Shown piece after piece: positions 1 through 13,489 of a stretch of DNA of 64,000 nt. The stretch covers positions 93,992,001 to 94,056,000 of the forward strand of contig OZ024740.1 of the NCBI GenBank assembly GCA_964016885.1, in the 5' to 3' direction. The stretch's first letter is position 1. Each line of letters starts with the position of its first letter. Under the pieces are notes generated by a model. That model saw only the letters and a program-made list of their open reading frames with translations. It was not told the DNA's origin and did no database searches. The position numbers and the translations under genes were made by a program. The stretch comes from Eledone cirrhosa (lineage: Eukaryota).

Positions 1-106
1 ATGAGTAGATCCGAGCATTTATATCAACTAGAAATTGATTGACATATATATATATATATATAGATATGTTTCTTTTATTTGCCACCAGGGCATCAAAAGT
101 GGGACA

Positions 107-195
107 AGAGAGAGAGAGAGAGAGACAAAAAGAGATAGAGAGAGCGAGGGAGAGAGAGAGAGAGAGAGAGAAATAGAGATAGAGAGAGAGAGAGG

Positions 196-269
<74 letters not shown>
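107..269. repeat. (GA)n microsatellite
   Basis: Directly visible GA dinucleotide run with a few interruptions. Confidence 0.95.
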
Positions 270-272
<3 letters not shown>

Positions 273-1108
273 AATAGAAAATGCAACTGGAGTCTTATTT
301 TAAAAAATATATATATATTTATTTGGTTCCAAATAAATATATATATATTTTTTAATATAAGACTCCAGTTGCATTTTCGAACTTATCTTTTTTTTCTCTA
401 AACTTTCACTCGTGTAGGACACCTCCGTTATTTTTCATTTATAATCAGATATAATCAGATATGATCAGAAGGGATTATCCATAGTTTTGAACACTATGCA
501 TATCCCCTTTCAGAAACTAGTTAGTTGGAGTGAAACTTAAGTAAGTAAGTTAATCACTATCATTTTCTTGTTTTACGTCTTTCATATAAGTGTTCTACAT
601 TCTAGTATTGAACCACAAAGTTACTAAACCTATATCTTGCTAGCATAAGTATACATCCGTATAAATATGTTGGTAGACATACTAATTCTTTATTTATAAT
701 ATAAATAGCTAGACCCACACCACTCCCACAATTGAAATAACTATTTCGGCCGCCTACCTCTGCTTGAGCGACCCCATTTCACGCGCACGCGCGCTCTGCT
801 GAAGGCCTCAGATATTCAAAACAACGAACAGCGGAGGACACGTTTCGCATCTTTCGACAGACAACCCCCAATGATTGAACATTTGAAAGTATATACTTTC
901 CTTAGGCATATTAACGGCTGAGCAGCCTAATTTGCATATCGATTGAGTTAGTCGGCCGGGCGTACCAAAAACGATAAATGGAAAAGAATGAAATAAAATG
1001 AAATGTCTCACTCTTAGTACGGCTGATACTTAAATGTAAGTATGAATACGTACATACATATATCTATACAGACGTAAATTAGTATGTATATATATATATC
1101 CATACAGG

Positions 1109-1159
<51 letters not shown>

Positions 1160-1163
<4 letters not shown>

Positions 1164-1557
1164 TGGCTGCCAACTCGTTTCCGAGTACGGCCACTACTTT
1201 ATATCCATGTAGGAGAACCCCTACCGATGCGCGGAACGAGTGACTTTTTAGTCCAGCCAGCGACTTGAAAACTCTCGTACAAACACTATACTTGTGACAA
1301 TTATTGGCACATAGTGCTGGGCCCATAGTATCATGTGACGACAAGTGTAGAGAGATCTCCAGATATAAAGCAATGCCTGTGCCGTGAAGCTTTTATAGTG
1401 AGCAAAGGCACTGCACAAAGCCAGTCCCACTCTCTTAACCAAGATGATATTTACCAAAAAGAAGAACAAGTCAACATCATTGGATACCATCAGGGTTGCA
1501 GGTGTTATATCAGAGTTTTCCTTCTCCTAGAATTCTGCCTTGACAAAGGCTAAGGGG
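1160..1557 (-). mobile_element. Decayed 3' end of an RTE-type LINE with C2H2 zinc-finger remnants
   Basis: Minus-strand translations SVCTRVFKSLAGLKSH and PMMLTCSS resemble the C-terminus of the RTE at 29216-29647 (PMVLTCSVCTRLCLSKAGLESH; FRSLAVLKSH). Flanked by TA runs. Confidence 0.55.
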
Positions 1558-1569
1558 TCATATATATAT

Positions 1570-1880
1570 GTACGTATGGGTTTACCGAACATTTATTATA
1601 ATGTCCGGTTTGTTTGTAAACAAACAGCTCGAATTAAGCCGTATAATGTTCGGACACCTTTCTTTCTCATTTGTTCAACACGGACAAAGGAACGATGAAC
1701 TAGTTTCAATGTTATTAGCTATCGTCAGCATCGTATACCCTCCTGTCGAATGATTGAACGTTTGAAAGTATATACTTTCCTCATGTATATTAACGGCTGA
1801 TCACCCTAATTTGCATATCGAGTGAGTTAGTCGATAAATGGAAAAGAAAGAAAGGAACATTTTTTTATCACACTCTTAGT
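1570..1880 (-). repeat. Dispersed non-coding pLTR-like repeat family A; related copies at ~870-1100, ~14110-14400 (partial), ~38410-38945, ~52020-52545
   Basis: Shared blocks such as gaaagtatatactttc...atattaacggctgagcagcctaatttgcatatcga. Carries an HHR motif. Partial tandem duplication in the 38.4 and 52 kb copies. Confidence 0.75.
1692..1734 (-). ncRNA. Type I hammerhead ribozyme motif (family A)
   Basis: Reverse complement: acgatg CTGACGA tagctaataacatt GAAA ctag TT catcgt (6-bp stem I, palindromic stem III). Sister copies 38698-38736 (+) and 52195-52233 (-) restore stem II agct/agct but have GACA/GAAT. Confidence 0.7.
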
Positions 1881-2761
1881 AACTACAAAGCTCCGGATTG
1901 ATTTACAACAACATCCTAATTTTCTTATCAACTAAAAATGTTTCGGACTTTCGCAGTTATCGGCCTTACACCTCTCGCATGCATTTTAGTATTGCCTGTG
2001 TGAAGTGATCGTTTATGCGCATGCGCTTTCGTACGGTTATCCTTCCTGCTCCGTATAACCATGTCCATTACGAGCTGAGGATCGGCTAATGTTAACAATT
2101 GTCCGCGGTATGGTGAACTAACTGTTGTGTAACCACTTCTACCTAACTCGTTCCATGGACTGATTGCTCTTCCACTACGGATATTACCTTCCCGTGTTCT
2201 AACACTATATATATATGCATGCCAACTATATACGATAAGGTATCATGCAATGAGTTTCATGATATATGATGTTGAATACGTATTCAAAAATGCTGTAAAG
2301 AAGGTATAGAAAGATATCACATTTTCACATCACTAATTCTCACAATAATGACCACCACAACGTCAATTTTCTCCCTGCTAAAGAATCAATATTTTCCAGA
2401 TTCGTAAAACTTCATAACAGGTGTAATACGTGTCATTAAATGGATCTAAATGACCGAAATCACCTTGCAACTGAGTTGTCAACAAGAAAGATGTGATAGA
2501 CCTCTTGTTCTTAGTCCTGGTGATTTCGAATTAAAGAATGATCTTATTCATATCTACATCTAGTATTTACTCATTGGAATCTTGTCCTAAGTCTTTCAAG
2601 ATTTCGAATGTATGATTATGCAAGAAAAACCACAGACTCTCCATTTCAATTCTAATTTTGAAAATCATAAGAACTGTGAAAACGGTAAAGGAAACAAATG
2701 AATATTCTTAAAGAGACTCCAGTTGCATTTTCGAATATATATTCCTTATATATATATATCA

Positions 2762-3465
2762 CAGAAAAAAAAAAGAATCAGTGTTGCGACGAATGGAATA
2801 TAATGGAAATATTACAATTGTTCCTCTGGCGAGCTGGTCGAGGCACGATAGATGTGAAGATCAAACCTGACTCTCAAATCGCAAGGTCCTCAGACACGTC
2901 TTGATTCTACGAAGCAGATTTTCCTACTGTCCTTTTACATCGATATCCCTCCCCTGTCGGCTTAGATCCTGTTGTTATCATTCTATGTGTGGTCAATAAT
3001 TGTACACGTCATCGATATTTCTAGCCAGTCATGGTTGTCCACTATTTGGTTATTTTCATTCTCCACCTCTCAATAAATATGTTTCTTAAATCGGTCTTAC
3101 TACTGTAGTAGGTAAGGGGATGTATGCTTGAACTGCTGATCTAAGAAACAAATTTAATTGACAGTTGGAGAATGAAAAGAACCAAATAGTGGACAGCCAT
3201 GAGTAGCTAGAAATATCGATGACGTGTACAATTATTGACAACACATAGAATGACAACAAAAAGATCTAAGCCGACAGGAGAAAGATATCGATGTAAAATG
3301 ACAGTAGGAAAAACTGCTTCGTAGAATCAAGACGTGTCTGAGGACCTTGCGATTTGAGAGTCAGGTTTGATCATCACATCGAGCGTGCCTCGAGCTGGTC
3401 GCCAGAGAAACGATTGTAATGTGCCCACTAAATTCCATTCGTCGCAACACTGATTTTTTTTCTGT
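2762..3465. repeat. Long inverted repeat (~310-bp arms, 2762-3075 vs 3160-3465) of an HHR-bearing unit (family C)
   Basis: For example gcaaggtcctcagacacgtcttgattctacgaagcag (2881) vs its reverse complement at 3314-3350. Confidence 0.9.
3333..3423 (+). ncRNA. Degenerate type I HHR with ~60-nt stem II (family C); mirror copy ~2808-2897 (-)
   Basis: cgtgt CTGAGGA ccttgcga...tcgccaga GAAA cgattg TA atgtg. The mirror copy has palindromic caattg but GGAA. Stem I is wobble-rich. Confidence 0.5.
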
Positions 3466-3553
3466 GATATCATACTCTGTTCTATGAGAACATCGAGTGC
3501 TCAAACGACCTACCGCATACGGACGCTTTAAGCATCCAACACTAATTATATAC

Positions 3554-3622
<69 letters not shown>

Positions 3623-3653
3623 AGAAAAACCACAGACCCTCCATCTCAACTCA

Positions 3654-3691
3654 CCTTTTGAAAAGCAGAAGAACTGCGAAACCGGTAAAGG
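3654..3691 (+). ncRNA. Type I HHR motif with U3/A8 variant core; more decayed copy at ~2654-2691
   Basis: cctt TTGAAAA gcag aagaa ctgc GAAA ccgg TA aagg. All three stems pair, and TTGAAAA is shared by both copies. Lies in a repeat also seen at 280-445 and 2620-2745. Confidence 0.65.
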
Positions 3692-3822
3692 AACCAAATA
3701 AATATATATATTTAAAAAAAAAATAAGAATCCAGTTGCATTTTCGATTTCATCTCTTTTTCTTTATACTTTCACTCGTGTAGGACACCTCGGTTATTTTT
3801 CATTTTGTAAAAAAAACCTCAC

Positions 3823-3917
<95 letters not shown>

Positions 3918-5522
3918 TTAGTTAAGCAAAACAAGACCACAAATTTAACAAGGAAGACATTATTAAAAGATTGTCAACATATTTTAGTTTGATGTAAGGA
4001 ATGTAGAGAATAATAATAATAATAATAATATTAATAATAATAATCCCCGTTTACAATTGTTTCGCTACTCTGTATAATATTTCTGTATCAGATGACTATG
4101 TATCATAAGTGATCTGGTTCAGTGGAAAATGATTAACATATTTAAAAAAAATAAGTGGCTCATCGGAACTCAAAGGAATATAAATTAAAATAATGTTACA
4201 TAATATAATGTTACATATATTAGTTTTTATTATGGTGCCTTGGTTGCATCAGCTGTCAGACATAATCAAGCAGTACTCATTTGTCGAGGCTGCATTGTGT
4301 GAGATCTGCCTATGGGTAACAAGATGGCTGCCAAAGGGCATATTTACCTTATTAATTAGAGGGTGGTTTCAGGGGAAGTAACTTCTCGAGAGGTTAGAGA
4401 TTGTGTGTATTTTATAGTTATATGCTAGTACTTAAATTATTTAATTGAGAGACAATGTACGGGAGGTAACTTATAATTATCGAGTTGTTCATAGCAATTT
4501 AACTTATTAGCTACAATTAGAGATGGGGCTACATGAATAAGTTGGGTCAAAAACTCTATTGGCGAAGGAATTAGCCCTTCGATGTTGACAGCTAATGGTT
4601 ACCTCCGTTCTATCGTTACTTGGTAGAGGTCGTGATAGAGTTATGTAATATGCTTCCGTAACACAGAGAACACAAGATTTCCTTCGTCCATTGAACGGTT
4701 GGGCCCTAGCTACGATATCCCATTTTAGTGAGTGTTGAATTTTGTTTAATTTAAGGCTTTTAATGAGCCTAGCTAGCGATGTCGAACATCTGTTGCTAGG
4801 GTCTCGGAAGGATAAAAGAGTGCGTGTTATAGCGTACCTTAAAAGGGTTAGAGGTAGACCCGATATAAGAGGTGGTATTCGAAGCAGTCTCAACTCTGCA
4901 CCTATAGACTATGTTGGGTGCCAGGCAGTGTCCATTTAATGGGCATGCATTGGGGTATAGGCAGTTGCAGTTGCTTCTGTGGTTAGTGAGAGTAGGGTTA
5001 TTTAACCAAAGCAGTTGTTTTTTCATTTATATTCCTTTGATTTCGGACGAGACACTCTGTTTTTTTAAATATGTTAATTATTTTCAACTGAACCATATCA
5101 GTTATGATACATAGTCATCTGATCCAGAAATATTATACGGAGTAGCGAAACATTTGTAAACGGACATTATTATTATTAATATTTTTATTTTTATTATTCT
5201 CTACATTCCTTACATCAAACTAAAATATGTTGACAATATTTTAATAATGTCTTCCTTGTGAAATTTGTGGTCTTGTTTTGCTTAATTAATGAATATTTCC
5301 AGCTCTGCGCACCTAACCTCTGCATGAACCCATCCACCTAGCTGCTTTCTACTGCATATTGCACATTGAGCACATGCCTTTACGCTTTCGCTTCTAACTA
5401 ACTCACCAATCTTTCCTCTCATATCTCCTCTACTATCTCCATCTCTCTCTTTAAGATTGGTTACTCTTGAACTGTGTATACCTGAGTTCCAGTAGTTGAG
5501 CTATTTACTGTTAGAAGTCACC

Positions 5523-8036
5523 ATGTTGAGCAAACAGGCACTCAGAATCTCACTTAAATCCATACCTATTCCGGACAGAAAGACATACCTGAAACTATTA
5601 ATACAGAGTGTCAATTCTTTCATCCGAAGAATAAGATGGAAAGCGTACCACTTTGACCGTGCGGTTGCTGCTGACGCCAGTTGTACAGCAAATAGATATG
5701 GATTTGCCACATGCAAGAACCCCCCACCCACACATAACATCCTGCTGGACCCTTTTGAGAAAGATCTATTCAACTTCGTCAGGAGCATTAAGTTCAAAAA
5801 GCATTATAGACACAGGAATAACTTACTCACTACATTAGCAACAACTATAAACAAATTTAAGGATAGCAACCTCTTACATGTTATGTCTGACAAAACCAAA
5901 AATCTATACACCATGATTCCTGAAATTTACAACTCTTTCCTTCTTAAAGAACTCAACAAAAACTATAAAAAAAACAACACCCTCCAGTGTAAACGTACTC
6001 AACCGAAAAGCCCAGGCTTCGGTGAAGGACTTGCATTTGGATAGATTTACCCACCCTTATGTACCAACAACCTCAAGGTTCTCTCTCAAGGACCACAAGC
6101 CAAACTTTATAGAGAACCCATCCATTAGACTCATAAGCCTAACCACATCTGACCTGAACCGCATCAGTAAGAACATCCTTGATAGGATAATCCCTGGGCT
6201 ACGGGATGATACCACCTACAAGTTGTCGTCCAACACCGGCCAAGTCATCAGTTCGTTCTCCGATGTAAGGTCCAAGCAATCTATGAGGTTCATCCAATTT
6301 GATATTGACAGCTATTACGCGTCAATAACCACGGAACTGCTCAACAAAGCACTAGCCCTAGCCACCACCACCTCGGACATAACCAATAATGAGAGTAACA
6401 TCATACTCATGGCTAGGCAGACTATCATTGAATTCAACGGAGCACTCTGGACTAGAAAAGATAGAACAGACAACTTTGACATCACGATGGGCTCAAGTGA
6501 CTCCGCGCAAAACACAGATTTAGTTGGGATTTACATATTACGTAACATCAGAGTCGAAATCCAACCCATGCAAGGTGGAATATACAGGGACGACGCCCTA
6601 TTTGCAATCCACAATTGCACTAATCGGGGAATCGATTTGCTTAAGAAACAATTTCATAGATTCTTCAAAAGTAACGTTCTCTCTATCACCATCGAGCTGA
6701 ACCATAAAGTAGTAAACTTCCTAGACGTCACCCTTGATCTCAAAAATAACCTTTATAACCCTTACCATAAACGAGGCGAAATACTCACATATATTAGCCC
6801 ACACTCTAACCACCCACCGGCAGTCATCAGAGCAGTAAACAAATCTATCTCCTATAGGATCTCAATGCTATCAGCAAATGAAGAGATATTTATAAACCAC
6901 GCACAATATTACAATAAGGCTCCCTCTGAATCTGGTTAGAAACAATCAATTTATTACATACGAAAATGCGATGACACAGCAACTCACCATAATAAACTTA
7001 ACACTAGAACTAGAAATACCTTAGCATATAGCCAGATTCGCCGGAATTTTCAGTAACAGCACCTATACAGGGAACATTAATGGTGGCAGCGGCCTGCTCC
7101 CCACTACTAGTAGCAAAATAAAAATCAACCCTAGAATAGGAATGAGAAATGGGATGACAAATCACAAACCTCCAGGTAATAATAACCCTAGGAAGGCCCC
7201 TACCAACTCCACTGGAACCCCTACAACGATTAGACCTAGAAATATCACCTAGCTTAAGGCACCATTCTCATCTAATCTAGCCACTAATATCCCCAATCGC
7301 TTCTTCTCTATCCTATCCAACCCCCCCCCCCCCCCCCTAACCATAGATATTACAAACACTTTAATAAAAACAACATTAAAATCTCATTCTCCACAACACC
7401 TAACCTAGCTAGCCACATCGCGTTCAGTAACCATCATAAGCTAAGACAGTATAATTCCCACACCGCGGTACCACCACCCCTATCAAATACACCACGCCAC
7501 TACACCAATACTTACTCTAGTAGCACACCTCCCCCATCTAATCCTTCTAGCACGGACCAACTGCTTTGGTTAAATAACCCTACTCTCACAAACCGCAAAA
7601 CAACTGCAACTGCCGGTATCCCAATTCATGCCCATTAAATGGACACTGCCTGACACCCAACATAGTCTATAGGTGCACAGTTGAGAGTGCTTCGAATACC
7701 AGCTCTTATATCGGGTCTACCTCTAACCTATTTAAAGTACGCTATAACACGCACTCTTTTTCCTTCCGAGACCCTAGCAACATATGTTCGACATCGCTAG
7801 CTAGGCTCATTAAAAACCTTAAATTAAACAAAGTTGAACACTCACTAAAATGGGATATCGTAGCTAGGGCCCAACCGTTCAATGGACGAAGGAAATCTTG
7901 TGATCTATGTGTTACGGAAGCATATTACATAACTCTATCACGACCTCTACCAATTAACGATAGAACGGATGTAACCATTAGCTGTCCACATCGAAGGGCT
8001 AATTCCTTCGCCAATAGATTTGTTGACCCAACTTAG
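5523..8036 (+). pseudogene. Disrupted PLE polyprotein: RT + CxCx5Cx5C linker + GIY-YIG endonuclease
   Basis: RT motifs QFDIDSYYASI, ITMGSSDS, IYRDDAL, VNFLDVTL. 3' part reads CNCRYPNSCPLNGHCL, IVYRC...SYIG, RYNTH, CDLC, SCPHRR. Frameshift near 6000 and stop at 6937-6939. Confidence 0.9.
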
Positions 8037-8400
8037 TCATGTAGCCCCATCTCTAATTGTAGATAATAAGTTAAATTGCTATGAACAACTCGATAATTAT
8101 AAGTTACCTTCCATACATTGTCTCTCAATTAAATAATTTAAATACTAGCACATAACTATAAAATACACACAATCTCTAACCTCTCGAGACGTTACTTCCG
8201 CTGAAACCACCCTCTATTTAGTAAGGTAAATATGCCCTTTGGCAGCCATCTTGTTACCCTTAGGCAGATCTCACACAATACAGCCTCGACAGATGAGTAC
8301 TGCTTGATGATGGCTGACAGCTGATGCAACCAAGGCACCCTAGTAAAAGATAATATATGGAACATATTATGTAACATTATTTTAATTTATATTCCTTTGA

Positions 8401-8523
8401 GTTCCGATGAGCCACTCTGTTTTTTTAAATATGTTAATTATTTTCAACTGAAGCAGATCAATTATGATACATAGTCATCTGATCGAGAAATATATTATAC
8501 GTAGTAGCGAAACAATTGTAAAC
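8401..8523 (+). ncRNA. Type I HHR with CCGAUGA core and ~100-nt stem II in the Hydra-type pLTR; copies 4049-4169 (-) and ~5040-5161 (+, decayed)
   Basis: tcc(tttga)gtt CCGATGA gccactctgt...agtagc GAAA caattg TA aacgga. Combining copies gives stem II gccactctgt/acagagtagc. Confidence 0.6.
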
Positions 8524-8833
8524 GGACATTAGTATTATTAATATTATTATTATTATTATTCTCTACATTCCTTTCATTAAACTAAAATATGTTGACAACC
8601 TTGTTATAATGTCTTCCTTGTGAAATTTGTGGTCTTGTTTTGGTTAACTAATGAATATTTCCGCTCTGCGCACCTAACCTCTGCTTGAACCCAGGCACCT
8701 AGCTGTTTTCTACTGCATATTGCACATTGAACACATGCCTTTACGCTTTGGCTTCTAAATAATTCACCAATCTTTCGTCTTATATCTCCTCTACTATCTC
8801 CATCTCTCTCTTTAATATTGGTTACTCTTGAAC

Positions 8834-8942
<109 letters not shown>

Positions 8943-9543
8943 GTAAACGGAATAGAAAATGCTGACAAATTGTTCATAGTTGAAAAAATGGTTTAATTAG
9001 GAATAAAAGAGTATTAGTGATTGAATGGGTTAGTATTCAGTTGTGGTTTTAAGTTTTTAAGTTTTTACATGTTTACCGGTTGCGCATTTCTAAATGCTTT
9101 TCAAAAATAATTTTGAGATAGAGTGTCCGTGCTGTTTGCTCTGATCTGATTAGTTTTGGGAATTCTACCTGTTTTTATGTTAAAAAAGTGGCTCCAGCGT
9201 TACTTTGGTGTTGCAAAAATTCTTGTGGTCAAAACAATTTTGATTGGTCGGTAGAGGTCATGTGAATGTAAAAAATTGATTTGGCGCCAAGACTGTTTTT
9301 ATGTTAAAAAAGTGGCTCCAGCGCTACTTGGTGTTTGCAAAAATTCTTGTGGTCAAAACAATTTTGATTGGTCGGTAGAGGCCATGGGAATAAAAAATTG
9401 GTTTTGCGCCACGAATGAGAAATGGCTCTTTCAAACAAATATGTGTGTGTGTGTGTGTGTGTGTGTAGTAGTAGTAGTAAGGTGTTCGATGTTGTGATAA
9501 TGGTTAGCAGGGATGTGTGTCAAATGGCTATTAAGATAAGTGT

Positions 9544-9575
<32 letters not shown>

Positions 9576-9761
9576 TTGTGTGTGTGTATAGCAGAGTAAT
9601 TCGTGGTAGCAGGGATGGTCAGTAAGAATGTGTCTGAAAGCAATGCGGGGTATTTTAGCATGTCAAAATATATTTTTCACCTTTTGTCTCATACGGGGAA
9701 GTGCGTGTGTGTGTATAAGTGTCTTTGTATGTTAATGTACGCGTGTGTATGTGTGAGTGTG

Positions 9762-9806
<45 letters not shown>

Positions 9807-9982
9807 ACCAGTATTTTTTCCCCCTGGTAAAATGGTGTACAATATTCGATTTTTTCAGTAAAATCGGTTCTCTTAATAGAACATCAAAAATCTTAACAAT
9901 AAAAGGTGTGGAATGATATTCACGATATACATATACACATACATATATTCACTATATATATATATATATACATATACGTACT

Positions 9983-10058
<76 letters not shown>

Positions 10059-12504
10059 TTTTATTGTGTTGCACCATAGAGCATGTGTGTTTACGTATGT
10101 CATTGTGTTTATATGTGGGTAGAGATGTGTGCTGATGTATGTATGTATGTTGACGTGTGTATGTTGTGGGTTCGTCTTAGACGGAGTCCGTATTTGTTAA
10201 TGAAGTAAGATTCCTTGCTGATGCGCTGGGTGTGGGTGGCATTATCTTTAAAACCCACACCACACGATACAACCAACAACGTAGGCCACTTATAACACCA
10301 CAATACAACATGGCACATAGAAACACACACCCATGATCGCAGTACAGGAACACCCCATTCAATCTACAACCACCAACCCGAACCACATTTTACAACAACA
10401 AGGAATATAACAAACACAGGAGACCAATTAACATCAGCAGACAACCCCCCTCTACCCAACCATTTTTTAGACACAGCACACACATACAGGCAAACAAAAT
10501 AACACAAGACAGGGAGGAGAAACCGATAGTAATAAAAATTATCAATCTTACTAGTGCAAAACGAACACCCAACCTTATCAACTTACTCTCCAAAGGTCTT
10601 AAATTCACACCGACCCCACTACGTCCTAACTATTATGAAATGAAGGAAGACATGACAGACTTCTGTAGAAAGTAACGACTTAATGAACAACTATTCAACC
10701 AGTACAATGAGGATGAATCATTAGCCAGAAATAGAAGCAATTACACTCCTTCAAAAGGTAGAAATAAAATCCTGGACAAATTGTGTGAACACATCACAAA
10801 CTTCTCTTACCAACACTTGCACAGACAAAAACACAAGCCAAACCTCAACAGGAAAGATGGGAAGAATTAAATAGATTAAAAACCGACAGAAACATTACAA
10901 TTAAAGAGGCTGATAAAAGGAGTACAGTAGTCCTAATGGTGACAGAATTATATATCAACTTAGCGCTCTCCACTTTGGTAAACGAAACATACTACGAAAA
11001 GGCTGAACACTACAATCAACAGAAAATTATGAGAAACCTAAAAACTCTAAACCAATACAAAGAAGGACTCACTAACAAGGAATTCAGCTTCCTCACAGGA
11101 CTCACAAGTAAATCCAGCCTTTTCTACGGTATCCCTAAAGTACATAAAAGCGAATCAATAAGTAAGGCATGCAAGGAAGCCACAGACATAGTCATCAATG
11201 TCCCCTCACCCAATGATCTCAAATTAAGACCTATAATAGCAGGTCCCGCTTGCGAAACCCACCGCCTTAGCAACTTCATTGGTATCCTTCTCAAGCCTTT
11301 TCTCAAACACATCACAAGCTATATAAGGGTCGACCTAGATATGCTCAATCATCTCCCTAATATGCCACTTTCTGAACAGACCCTACTAGTGACGTTCGAT
11401 GTAGTCAACCTATACTCCAACATGCCCCCACAACCTAGGAATAGAAGCTATCCAATTCTGGCTGGATAATTTCCACAATGAACTCCCACAACGCATCAAA
11501 AAAGAATTCGTGATAGAGGGACTAAAATTTATCTTGGACAACAATTATTTCGTTTTCAATAACAAATCCTACAGGCAGAAATCTGGGACAGCTATGGGAA
11601 CGAAAACAGCCCCCACTTATGCCAACCTAGTCATGGGATAGCTGGAAATCATCCTCGACACTAAAGTCCTAAACAAATTTGGAAACACCCTCCACTTACA
11701 CATTGAAAGGAACTGGAATTGATATCTAGATGACTGCTTCATCCTTTGGCACGAAAACATCGAAAAACTTAAAGAATGTCACACCCTTATAAATGGGCTC
11801 AACACGAATATTAACTTCACGATGGAATACAGCCATCAACAACTCCCCTTCCTCGACATCCTCATTAAGATCCATAACAAAAAAATAGAAACAAACGTAT
11901 ACTACAAACCCACAGACTCCAAGCAATATCTCCCTTCAACTCTTGCCACCCTAGACACGTTAAAATTAATATTCGCTACAACTTAGCCAAGAGAATCTGT
12001 ACTATAGTCTCCAATAAAACATCTGCTACTTACGGCTACAAGAACTAAAGGACACACTCATAGGCAGGGACTACCCTACATTACTAATTGACAATGGAAT
12101 CCAACGTGCCCTAAAACTCAGTACCCAGGACCTTAGACACCCTAAAGTAAATCAACCGAAACTAAAAGCTCTTCCATACATCTCCACACACAACCCTCTC
12201 AACAATGAGGACTTTGACACCATCCTCCAGAACATCCCTGTGTTGAAAAAGGACCATAGAATGAACAAAATTCTTCGAACACACGATATCATAAAGAGCA
12301 AAAGACAATCCAAGTCAATGAAAAACATCCTAACACATGCCAAAGTACTGCCAACCACAACAAGGAAACCCACAGTAAAAAAAAAATGCGATAGACCCAA
12401 CTGTGGCATTTTCATCAACCTAATAGAGGGTTCGGAATTTTATTTCAAAGATGGACAACGTTTTATAGTAAAACACAATTTCACATGTGCATCGGAAAAT
12501 CTAA

Positions 12505-12584
<80 letters not shown>

Positions 12585-12757
12585 AGTATGTATATGTATA
12601 TATAGTGAATATATGTATGTGTATATGTATATCGTGAATATCCTTTCACATCTTTTATTGTTAAGATTTTTGATGTTCTGTTAAGAGAACCGATTTTACT
12701 GAAAAAATCGAATAATGTACACCATATTACCAGGGGGAAAAACAATACTGGTCCACC

Positions 12758-12792
<35 letters not shown>

Positions 12793-13146
12793 ATACATAC
12801 ACACATACACACGCGTACATTAACATAAACAGACACTTATACACACACACACACACGCACTTCTCCGTATAAGACAAAAGCTGAAAAATATATTTTGACA
12901 TGCTAAAATACCCCCCATTGCCTTCAGACACATTCTTACTGATCATCCCTGCTACCACGAATTACTATGCTATACCCACACGCACACACAGACACACACA
13001 CATACACACACACACACACACACTTATCTTAATAGCCATTTGACACACATCCCTGCTAACCATTATCACAACATTGAACACCTTACTACTACTACACACA
13101 CACACACACACACACACATATTTGTTGCGAAAGAGTCATTTCTCAA

Positions 13147-13390
13147 TCTTGGCGCAAAACCAATTTTTTATTCACATGACCTCTACCGACCAATCAAAAT
13201 TGTTTTGACCACAAGAATTTTTGCAAACACCAAGTAGCGCTGGGGCCACTTTTTTAACATAAAAACAGTCTTGGCGCAAAATCAATTTTTTACATTCACA
13301 TGACCTCTACCGACCAATCAAAATTGTTTTGACCACAAGATTTTTGCAACACCAGAGTAACGCTGGAGCCACTTGTTTAACATAAAAACA
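13147..13390 (+). repeat. ~120-bp tandem duplication inside the Neptune pLTR
   Basis: tcttggcgcaaaa...cacatgacctctaccgaccaatcaaaattgttttgaccacaaga...aacataaaaacag occurs twice; also at 9170-9410 and 36510-36745. It is essentially single in the 46 and 51 kb copies. Confidence 0.85.
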
Positions 13391-13452
13391 GGTAGAATTC
13401 CCAAAACTAATCAGATCAGAGCAAACAACACGGACACTCTATCTCAAAATTA

Positions 13453-13489
13453 TTTTTGAAAAGCATTTAGAAATGCGCAACCGGTAAAA
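13453..13489 (+). ncRNA. Variant HHR-like motif (UUGAAAA...GCAA) in the Neptune pLTR; copies 9072-9107 (-), 36807-36843 (+), 46360-46395 (-), 51224-51259 (-)
   Basis: ttt TTGAAAA gcattt ag aaatgc GCAA ccgg TA aaa. HHR topology with palindromic stem III, and the core is identical in all five copies. Confidence 0.55.

Noticed and set aside
5523-8036. In-frame stops in PLE ORFs as selenocysteine recoding (as in Naiad elements)
   Set aside because: The stops I checked are TAG/TAA and accompanied by frameshifts, and the domain order is RT then EN, so simple decay is more likely.
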